Below, in pieces: positions 12,903 to 22,165 of a stretch of DNA of 64,000 nt. The stretch covers positions 14,322,001 through 14,386,000 of the forward strand of contig OZ024744.1 of assembly GCA_964016885.1 (NCBI GenBank), given 5' to 3'. The translations under genes and the position numbers were made by a program. Every line of letters starts with the position of its first letter. Within the stretch, counting starts at the first letter, position 1. The notes beneath the pieces were generated by a model, which saw only the letters and a list, made by a program, of their open reading frames with translations, ran no database searches and was not told the origin of the DNA. Origin of the DNA: Eledone cirrhosa. Taxonomy: Eukaryota.

Positions 12903-13210
12903 GGCGGAAGAACTCATAAGAGTCAACGGCCCTCCGAAAGTGTGTAAATATGTATATACACATGTGCCGCGCGGTTAAACGACTGGGAGTGAAGGACCCC
13001 TAGCCTTTGTCAGGGCATTCTTTTAGGAGAAGGCAAACAAGGAAACTGGGATAACTCTGATATAAAACCTGTGGCTCAGTAGTTACCGATGATGTTGATC
13101 TTTTCTTCCTTTCGGGTTATAGCTACTGTCGCTCAGAGAGTGGGATTGGCTCAGTGCACAGTCTTTCCTCACTTTAAAAAATATCTTCACGCACAGGCAT
13201 TGCACGATAG
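12903..13210 (+). mobile_element. Family B non-autonomous retroelement copy
   Basis: taagagtcaacggccctcc...tagcctttgtca...taggagaagg...actctgatataaaacctg is shared with the other family B copies. Confidence 0.6.
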
Positions 13211-13328
13211 AATTAATTAATAATTATTAATAATGGTATATCATGCAATGGTCATACTCGATAACGAGGGGGCAGCCATCATCAAGGTTTCTTGGTGAGG
13301 ATGGTGACTTTGGACATCCTGCAGGACT

Positions 13329-13797
13329 AAAAACAAAACCTGTCAAAGGAGCTCTTAAGAGTCAATGGCCCTCCAAAATCACCGAGAGAGATGACCTCTT
13401 AGCCTTTGTCAAGGCAGAATTCTAGGAGAAGGAAAACTCTGATATAACACCTGCAACCCTGATGGTATCCAATGATGTTGACTTGTTCTTCTTTTTGGTA
13501 AATAACATCTTGGTTAAGAGAGTGGGACTGGCTTTGTGCAGTGCCTTTGCTCACTATAAAAGCTTCACGGCACAGGCATTACTTTATATCTGGAGATCTC
13601 TCTGCACTTGTCGTCACATGGTACCATGGGCCCAGCACTATGTGTCAATAATTGTCACAACTGTAGTGTTTATACCAGAGTTTTCAAGTCGCTGGCTGGA
13701 CTAAAAAGTCACATTCGTTCAGCACATCGGTAGGGGTTCTCCTACATGGATATAAAGTAGTGGCCGTACTCGAAAACGAGTTGGCAACCACCATATG
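13329..13797 (+). mobile_element. Family B non-autonomous retroelement copy (may begin ~13230)
   Basis: Carries the ctaggagaaggaaaactctga motif typical of RTE 5' UTRs and ends gagttggcaaccacc+TATG. Near-identical to 20570-21037. Confidence 0.7.
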
Positions 13798-13869
13798 TAT
13801 ATATATATATATATGTATATGTATGTATGTATATGTATATATATGTATATATGTGCATACATATATATG

Positions 13870-13912
<43 letters not shown>

Positions 13913-14070
13913 ATGTATATGTATGTGTATGTGTATGTGTGTATGTGTATATATGTATATGTATATGTATAGGTGTATATATAAATATATATATATATAT
14001 GTATATATGTGTGTATGTATATATATGTATGTGTATATATATATGTGTATATATATACGTATGTATATTG

Positions 14071-14119
<49 letters not shown>

Positions 14120-14214
14120 GTATATATATGTATGTATATGTATATATATGTATATATGTATGTATATGTATATGTATATATATATATATGTATGTATATG
14201 TATGTATGTATATG

Positions 14215-14265
<51 letters not shown>

Positions 14266-14419
14266 GTATATATATATATATATATGTATATGTATATATA
14301 TGTATATATATATGTATATGTATGTATATATATATATATATATGTGTATGTATATATGTGTATATGTATATGTGTATATGTATGTATATGTATATGTGTA
14401 TATGTATATATATGTATAT

Positions 14420-14451
<32 letters not shown>

Positions 14452-14546
14452 GTGTATGTATATATATGTTTATATGTATATGTATATGTATATATGTATG
14501 TATATGTATATATATATATATGTATATGTATATATATATATGTGTG

Positions 14547-14607
<61 letters not shown>

Positions 14608-14616
14608 GTATGTATA
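13794..14616. repeat. (TA)/(TATG)/(TATATG) microsatellite tract
   Basis: ~820 bp of imperfect TA/TG alternation. Confidence 0.96.
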
Positions 14617-14951
14617 TCATCATTTCATCATCATTTCATTTAACGTCCACTTTTCCCTGCTTGCAAGGGTGGGACGGGAACTGATTCTGGCTTGATTTCT
14701 ACAGCTGGATGCCCTTCCTAACACCAACCTCATTTACAGTGAGTGCTGGGTGCTTTTTTGCCGTGGCACCTCCACGACCACTTTGCAGTGGAATGATAGG
14801 GACCCCAGTCCCTATCATCTCATTTCTACAGCTGAGTAAACTGGAGCAATGTGAAATAAAGTGTCTTGCTCAAGGAAACAACACATCACCCGGTCTGAGA
14901 ATTGAACTCACAACCTTTCGATTGCAAGGCCAATGCTCTAACCATGTGCCT

Positions 14952-14954
<3 letters not shown>
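14617..14954 (-). mobile_element. tRNA-derived CORE-like SINE with RTE-derived 3' tail (family C)
   Basis: Minus strand has A-box tggttagagc and B-box gagttcaattc, then CORE-like ccttgagcaagacacttt. It continues gttggtgttaggaagggcatccagctgtagaaa...ggacgttaaa(tga)n, matching the 3' UTR of the adjacent RTE. Confidence 0.82.
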
Positions 14955-15043
<89 letters not shown>

Positions 15044-15148
15044 CTATGTATATGTATATATGTATGTGTATGTATATGTATATGTATGCATGTGTATGTA
15101 TATGTATGTGTATATATGTATATGTATATATATATATGTATGTATATG

Positions 15149-15183
<35 letters not shown>

Positions 15184-15235
15184 ATGTATATATATGCATA
15201 TATATGTATGTGTGTATATGTATATATATATATGT
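14955..15235. repeat. (TA)/(TATG) microsatellite
   Basis: Continuation of the tract interrupted by the SINE. Confidence 0.95.
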
Positions 15236-18200
15236 ACAAACTACATTTTCTGTTTCTATTAAGTGCTAAATACGTTTAGGTTTTTGGACGTATTTAACTG
15301 AACAAATTTTGTATTTTTGTTAATCGCTTGTTAAATGCATAGACCCATCTCAATCATTACCTTCTTGCTAGCTATTTTCAAACCTTAATTCCTAACGTAT
15401 TTTCAAACCCCAATCCCTAATTCTAGCGTATCTTCAAAACAAAAAAGCAAAATCCTTTCCTTCTTCCTTCTTCGAAGGCACGGGGCGGTCAAACGCCTAA
15501 CACCCACAGCCATCATGTGGCCCCCTACCCTCGCACACACTCTCTCTCTCTCTCTCTCTCTCTCCCTATAAATATATGATAGGAATTCACTTCGCCAAAT
15601 TTCATTTCTTTGCCTGCTGTCCAAACGAAACTCTCATGTAAACGTAATGTACAGACTTCATCTCTCTCTCTCTCTCTCCTAGCGTATTTTCAAAACAATC
15701 CACATTTCGTATTTCAAGTCCAAATAGCCATTCTATCGCTAAAACAAACTACATTTTCTGTTTCTATTAAGTGCTAAATACGTTTAGGTTTTTGGACGTA
15801 TTTAACTGAACAAATTTTGTATTTTTGTTAATCGCTTGTTAAATGCATAGACCCATCTCAATCATTACCTTCTTGCTAGCTACCCAACACCCCTCCCTCC
15901 CACCCCCACACACCACCATTGCTATTACGTGGACCAATCATAAAACAGAGCCCCCACGTATCACCAGTATTATTACGCGGACCAATCAGAAACCAGAGGC
16001 CTATACTATCGCTTGCCTGGTTGCCTTTCGATATACGATATATGATGGATGGATGGACTGCGGAATCCTGGAGAGTGGAGGTGAGAGAGAAAAATCTGGA
16101 CGCTCAGCGACAATGCCAAAGATAAAGACAAATTCACCCCTTGGACGAGAATGCGAGCACTCCTCATTGTTTCGACCGCGGACGGCTAACATAACCCCAT
16201 CGCCCCCCGCCCCTCACCGCCCCCAACCCCCAAACGCAATCCAAAACTTCAGAGTTGGTACCATAAATGTAGGCACCCTAAAGGGTCGCGCTAACGAGGT
16301 TGTAGAAATGCTTGAACGTAAGGAGGTCGATGTTTGTTGTATTCAAGAGACCAGGTGGAGGGGTGGGTCTGCTAGGTTCATTGAGGGTAAAAAACGTTGT
16401 TATAAGCTTTTCTGGGTGGGAAACGACGATGGGCTGGGTGGAGTAGGAATCATGGTAGCAGAAAAGTGGGCAGATAAGATAATAGACGTAAATAGAGTGA
16501 ACGACAGAATAATTAAAATACGACTTGTCCTCAATAGAACTACGGTGACAGTAATATCTGCGTACGCACCCCAATCCGGACTGCCCGGCACTATAAAAGA
16601 CAGATTCTATGAGACACTGATGCTAACTACCTCCCAAATATCCGACAGTGACTATATAATTATCGCAGGCGACCTAAATGGTCACGTTGGACAACATTGT
16701 GACGGCTACGACGAAATCCATGGAGGCTATGGGTTTGGTACTAGAAATGAGGAAGGCTCCAGAATCCTGGAATTCTGTGATGCAAATAACCTAACTATCT
16801 GTAACACTAACTTCAAAAAACGTGACAATCACCTGATCACCTATAGATCCGGGGAACACACAAGCCAGGTAGATTATATCCTTACCAGAAGACGTGACAG
16901 AGTGTCTGTTGTTAACACTAAATCCCTCCCCCATGAAGAATGCACCTCCCAACATAGACTGATAATTAGCGACCTCATAGTCAGGACGAGACGTACTCGA
17001 CAACAGAAGAGGACTATCCTCAGGAGGAAAATATGGAAGCTAAAGGACCCCACAGCCAGGAATAAATTTCAAAGCATATTACTTGATGCTTTCGACAGTA
17101 AGGAAGAACATTTAGAGTCGGACAATATAGAGGGAGAGTGGGAATTTCTGAAAGCAAACCTGCTGTTGGCGACAGACGAGGTCTGTGGCTGGAGCAGGCC
17201 TGTAGGCAGGAGGAGAGTAACATGGTGGTGGAACAGTAAGGTGGAGGGGTCAATTAAGGCCAAAAAGCAGGCTTGGAAAGTATGGCGGGATGGGGGAAGT
17301 AGAGAGGACTATCAAGTGGCCAGGAGGGAAGCTAGGAGACAAGTGTACTTAGCAAGAAGGGAAGCTGAGGAAAGAAAGTTCAAGCATGTTCTACAACGCG
17401 ATGACCAAAAACGTGAGGTGTTCAGGATTGCTAGGCAATGCGTCAAGGAAAACCGTGATATTGTCGGGGAGAAGTGTGTACTAAACGACGATGGCACACT
17501 TGCCATCACCGACGCTGATAAGAAGGTAGCTTGGAAGTGTCACTATGAAAGGCTTCTAAATGAGGAGAATAATTGGGAGAAAGGCAGTCTCCCCCATATC
17601 GACCCAATAGAGGGACCAGCAGTGTTAGTCGAGGGGAGTATAATAAGTAAGGCAATCAAGGATATGAAGACTGGTAAGGCGGCTGGGCCTTCGGAAATAG
17701 TTGCTGAGATGCTGAAGGCATCTGGCACGGTGGGACACACCATGGTCACCCGCATAGTTAACCAAGTCGTACAAAACGGGGTTGTTCCGAAGGACTGGCA
17801 TAGCAGCATCATCGTTAACTGTTATAAGGGTAAAGGAGACGCCCTAGATAGGAGTAACTATAGAGGCATTAAATTAATCGACCAGGTCATGAAGGTCACG
17901 GAAAGAGTAATAGCGCAACTAATCAGAGAGAGAATTGACCTAGATGAAATGCAGTTCGGGTTTGTGTCAGGCAAAAGTACCACAGACGCTCTTTTCATAG
18001 TACGACAACTACAAGAGAAGTACCTAGCTAAAGGTAAACCCCTCTACTTAGCTTTTGTCGACTTGGAGAAAGCCTTCGACAGAGTCCCCCGCTCCATTAT
18101 CTGGTGGGCTCTTAGAAAACTAGGCGTTGACGAATGGCTTGTGAGGGCTATACAAGCCATGTATAAAGAAACAGTCAGCAAGGTTAGAATTAACAACGAA

Positions 18201-19676
18201 TATAGTGAAGAGTTTAGCGTAAAAGTCGGCGTCCATCAGGGCTCTGTTCTCAGTCCACTACTATTTATTATTGCCCTTCAGGCCATAACAGAGGAGTTCA
18301 AGACAGGCTGCCCATGGGAACTCCTATACGCAGACGACCTGACACTCATAGCGGAATCAATGGCCGAGCTAGAGAAGAAATTCCAAACATGGAAGCACGG
18401 CCTAGAGTCAAAAGGACTTAAAATTAACCTGGCTAAGACCAAAGTACTAGTTTGTAGGAAAGAAAACAAGGCGGCGGTCCCTTCTGGGAAATGGTCGTGC
18501 TCGGTGTGTAGGAAAGGCGTAGGTAGAAACTCCATTTTATGTCCTAAATGCAAAGTATGGGTGCATAAAAGATGTAGTGGGATCACAGGTAGGCTAACTA
18601 AGAACATAGATTTTACATGTGGCCGGTGCTCTGGTGCAATAAGTAGCAGCAAGTGCCCACAAACTACTAGCTCTTTCAATTGCGCAGAGGGTTCTATAGA
18701 AATAGTGGACAGCTTCCGTTACCTGGGCGATAAAATCAGCAGTGGGGGAGGGTGCTCTGAAAGTACTGTAGCTAGAGTCAGAACTGGTTGGAAAAAGTTC
18801 AGAGAGCTTATACCACTATTAGCTGCTAAAGGGTTCTCACTAAAAATGAAAGGCAGGTTGTACGATGCCTGCATACGAACAGCAATGCTGCATGGCAGTG
18901 AGACCTGGGCATTGTGTGCAGAGGATATACGCAGACTAGAGAGGAACGAAGCTTGCATGCTCCGCTGGATGTGTAACAGTAATATACGTGAACGGCAAAG
19001 CATAAACGAACTAAGGAATAAATTAGAGATAAGAGGGATCAGATGTTGTTTACTCGAGAGAAGGCTACGTTGGTATGGACACGTGATGCGCATGAAAGTC
19101 GATAGCTGTATAACAAAGTGCAGGGCAATAAAGATAGACGGTAGTCACGGAATAGGCAGACCTAGAAAAACCTGGGACGAGCTGATAAACTCCGACATCA
19201 CACACTTACACCTCTCCAAGACAATGTCACTGGACCGAGACCTTTGGCGGTACTCAGTAACAGAGAAGACCCGCCTTACCTAAATATATAGTAAAACCTA
19301 CTCCAGCCAGTAGGCATCTCTAACAAATACACCCCGTCCCACCACCCCCACCCGATCCACACCACCCCGTTCTATGTAAAGTTATGTTGGTGCCGCGCCA
19401 TCGAGGCCGAAACAAATGAGATCGTGTAGGTGTCACGACAAAAAAACACACAGTCCACGCTGTAATGTGGCCGTGTAGGCAACACGGTAAAAACCTCCCA
19501 GACCCACACTGTAAATGTGGTTGGTGTTAGGAAGGGCATCCAACTGTAGAAAACCTGCCAGACAGTCCTATGCGAGCAAGACAATCACTCTTGCCTCAAG
19601 TGGGACTACCCCCGTCCAAACCCATGCAAGCGTGGAACACGGACGTTAAACGTTGATGATGATGATGATGATGATG
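15236..19676 (+). mobile_element. Apparently full-length RTE-clade LINE with (GAT)n tail
   Basis: Single intact APE-RT ORF, a 3' UTR of ~370 bp and a (GAT)n tail at 19655-19676. Flanked by TA/TATG repeats on both sides. The 5' boundary is inferred. Confidence 0.85.
15843..19283 (+). CDS. RTE LINE ORF with APE endonuclease, reverse transcriptase and embedded PHD finger (likely start ATG 16113)
   Basis: APE motifs GTINVGTL, CCIQETRW, SAYAPQ, AGDLNGHVG, DYIL and SQHR. RT motifs NYRGIKL, QFGF, FVDLEKAFD, HQGSVLSP and LYADDL. PHD CSVC/CPKC/HKRC/CGRC, and C-terminal RLRWYGHVMRM...GRPRKTW. No stops. Confidence 0.95.
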   Translation: MHRPISIITFLLATQHPSLPPPHTTIAITWTNHKTEPPRITSIITRTNQKPEAYTIACLVAFRYTIYDGWMDCGILESGGEREKSGRSATMPKIKTNSPLGRECEHSSLFRPRTANITPSPPAPHRPQPPNAIQNFRVGTINVGTLKGRANEVVEMLERKEVDVCCIQETRWRGGSARFIEGKKRCYKLFWVGNDDGLGGVGIMVAEKWADKIIDVNRVNDRIIKIRLVLNRTTVTVISAYAPQSGLPGTIKDRFYETLMLTTSQISDSDYIIIAGDLNGHVGQHCDGYDEIHGGYGFGTRNEEGSRILEFCDANNLTICNTNFKKRDNHLITYRSGEHTSQVDYILTRRRDRVSVVNTKSLPHEECTSQHRLIISDLIVRTRRTRQQKRTILRRKIWKLKDPTARNKFQSILLDAFDSKEEHLESDNIEGEWEFLKANLLLATDEVCGWSRPVGRRRVTWWWNSKVEGSIKAKKQAWKVWRDGGSREDYQVARREARRQVYLARREAEERKFKHVLQRDDQKREVFRIARQCVKENRDIVGEKCVLNDDGTLAITDADKKVAWKCHYERLLNEENNWEKGSLPHIDPIEGPAVLVEGSIISKAIKDMKTGKAAGPSEIVAEMLKASGTVGHTMVTRIVNQVVQNGVVPKDWHSSIIVNCYKGKGDALDRSNYRGIKLIDQVMKVTERVIAQLIRERIDLDEMQFGFVSGKSTTDALFIVRQLQEKYLAKGKPLYLAFVDLEKAFDRVPRSIIWWALRKLGVDEWLVRAIQAMYKETVSKVRINNEYSEEFSVKVGVHQGSVLSPLLFIIALQAITEEFKTGCPWELLYADDLTLIAESMAELEKKFQTWKHGLESKGLKINLAKTKVLVCRKENKAAVPSGKWSCSVCRKGVGRNSILCPKCKVWVHKRCSGITGRLTKNIDFTCGRCSGAISSSKCPQTTSSFNCAEGSIEIVDSFRYLGDKISSGGGCSESTVARVRTGWKKFRELIPLLAAKGFSLKMKGRLYDACIRTAMLHGSETWALCAEDIRRLERNEACMLRWMCNSNIRERQSINELRNKLEIRGIRCCLLERRLRWYGHVMRMKVDSCITKCRAIKIDGSHGIGRPRKTWDELINSDITHLHLSKTMSLDRDLWRYSVTEKTRLT

Positions 19677-19700
19677 TATATGTATGTATATATATATATG

Positions 19701-19744
<44 letters not shown>

Positions 19745-19747
<3 letters not shown>

Positions 19748-20259
19748 GACGAGCTGATAAACTCCGACCTCACACACTTACACCTCTCCAAGACAATGTC
19801 ACTGGACCGAGACCTTTGGCGGTACTCAGTAACAGAGAAGACCCGCCTTACCTAAATATATAGTAAAACCTACTCCAGCCAGTAGGCATCTCTAACAAAA
19901 TACACCCCGTCCACCACCACCACCCCCACCCCATCCACACCACCCCGTCCTATGTAAAGTTATGTTGGTGCCGCGCCATCCAGGCCGAAACAAATGAGAT
20001 CGTGTAGGTGTCACGACAAAAAAACACACAGTCCACGCTGTAATGTGGCCGTGTAGGCAACACGGTAAAAACCTCCCAGACCCACACTGTAAATGTGGTT
20101 GGTGTTAGGAAGGGCATCCAACTGTAGAAAACCTGCCAGACAGTCCTATGCGAGCAAGACAATCACTCTTGCCTCAAGTGGGACTACCCCCGTCCAAACC
20201 CATGCAAGCGTGGAACACGGACGTTAAACGTTGATGATGATGATGATGATGATGATGAT
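19745..20259 (+). mobile_element. Tandem 5'-truncated copy of the RTE 3' end
   Basis: Near-identical to 19173-19676, with its own (GAT)n tail. Confidence 0.95.
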
Positions 20260-20282
20260 ATATGTATATATATATGTATATA

Positions 20283-20569
20283 TTGGTAAACGGAATAGAA
20301 AATGCTGACAAATTGTTCACAGTTGAAAAATGGTTTAATTAGGAATAAAAGAGTATTAGTGATTGTATGGGTTAGTATTCAGTTGTGGTTTTAAGTTTTT
20401 AAGTTTTTACTGGTTGCGCATTTCTAAATGCTTTTCAAAAATAATTTTGAGATAGAGTGTCCGTGCTGGCACGGACACTCTATCTCAAAATTATTTTTGA
20501 AAAGCATTTAGAAATGCGCAACCAGTAAAAACTTAAAAACTTAAAACCACAACTGAATACTAACCCATA
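20283..20569. repeat. Family X repeat ending in a perfect palindrome (101-bp arms)
   Basis: 20366-20466 is the reverse complement of 20469-20569, with spacer TG. Confidence 0.9.
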
Positions 20570-21037
20570 AAAACAAAACCTGTCAAAGGAGCTCTTAAGA
20601 GTCAATGGCCATCCAAAATCACCGAGAGAGATGACCCCTTAGCCTTTGTCAAGGCAGAATTCTAGGAGAAGGAAAACTCTGATATAACACCTGCAACCCT
20701 GATGGTATCCAATGCTGTTGACTTGTTCTTCTTTTTGGTAAATATCATCTTGGTTAAGAGAGTGCGACTGGCTTTGTGCAGTGCCTTTGCTCACTATAAA
20801 AGCTTCACGGCACAGGCATTGCTTTATATCTGGAGATCTATCTGCACTTGTCATCACATGGTACCATGGGGCCAGCACTATGTGTCAGTAATTGTCTCAA
20901 GTGTAGTGTTTGTACCAGAGTTTTCAAGTCGCTGGCTGGACGAAAAAGTCACACTCGTTCAGCGCATCGGTAGGGGTTCTCCTACATGGATAAAAAGTAG
21001 TGGCCGTACTCGAAAACGAGTTGGCAGCCACCATATG
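20570..21037 (+). mobile_element. Family B non-autonomous retroelement copy
   Basis: Direct, highly similar copy of 13329-13797. Confidence 0.75.
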
Positions 21038-21872
21038 TGTATGTATAAATCAATGTTTTTCAATCATAGGAAATGTCGTAAGTTACCCTGTGATTGGAGG
21101 GGGTAGTACCCCTACGTTTACGAAAGAAGACCACTTTGCTGAGAAGCGTAACGAGAAAGGAAAGCATAAGGTAAAGAGAAAATAAATATACAAGAAGATA
21201 TAAGGAAGGGAATAAAAACAAATAATGAGAATGTAAAAATGAATTCAGAAGTAAAAACAGTGAGAAAAAATAACCAACAACAATCACTTGCCTCTCTGTC
21301 TGCACAATTACATCATCTGTTACTTCCTATTTCTTTATTTAAACACAAGAGGACAAACTGTTAAAGTATTGGCCACTCTTTAAGGATTGGTTTTCAGAAA
21401 ATTACTGAAATATCCGGCTAAATTGTATGACAATTATAAATTTAGAAATGTATATAATTAAATAATATATATTTATACAGAACAATGTTATTTTACAAGA
21501 TTTAAGATAAACCTAGTGTAGATATAACTAGAGTAGTCATTAATAGAAAATATAAGAGATTATTTGTACGTGTATCAGAGATTTTTGTCTCGTCATCTGC
21601 TGATAACTACCGCTATGATTCAACCTGTATTACAATATTAAGAGCATGGTTTTAACACTTCAAGCTGTTAGTAGAAGTGGGCTGTAAGCAAATCAAGCAA
21701 GGTTATCAGCTAATATATTATATGAATGAAATGTTAAACTCTGAAATATATATATTACTATATTTATATACTTAATATGTATGTGTGACCTTAGGTTTCA
21801 GGGGGAGGGGGGTCGAGTTATGGCCACCACTGTATAGTGGAGTAATGGTTCTAAAACTGGCCTCTTTCACTA

Positions 21873-22165
21873 GGCTGCTGCTGCTGCTGTTTCTTCTTCT
21901 TCTTCTTCTTCTTCTTCTTCTTCTTCTTCTTCTTCTTCTTCTTCTTCTTCTTCCACTTATTTCTGAGAGGGTCGTGGGACAGAGTCCTCAAACACTCATT
22001 GCAGCGATCCTCTGCAAACTGATCCAGCTGGATCTCCAGGTGACACCAGCCAAGCTCATGGATGCTATCCAATAATTTTGCTCGGGGTCTACCCCTGGGT
22101 CTTCTACCTGTTGGTTTTACCTGTAAAATCTGTCCAGTGATGCTTTCCTGAGACATTCTAACCAC
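21873..22165 (-). mobile_element. 3' end of a second RTE-clade (Expander-like) LINE with (GAA)n tail
   Basis: Minus strand encodes GHVVRMSQESITGQILQVKPTGRRPRGRPR and ends ccacgaccctctcagaaataagtgg(aag)n. Confidence 0.85.

Noticed and set aside
14880-14954. tRNA gene (also heads of family A SINEs)
   Set aside because: A/B-box-like motifs only, with no complete cloverleaf, and continuous with SINE bodies.
13329-21037. 470-bp direct repeats flanking the RTE, resembling LTRs
   Set aside because: No TG...CA ends, PBS, PPT or shared TSD. The interior is a LINE plus microsatellites, and other copies of the repeat occur independently.
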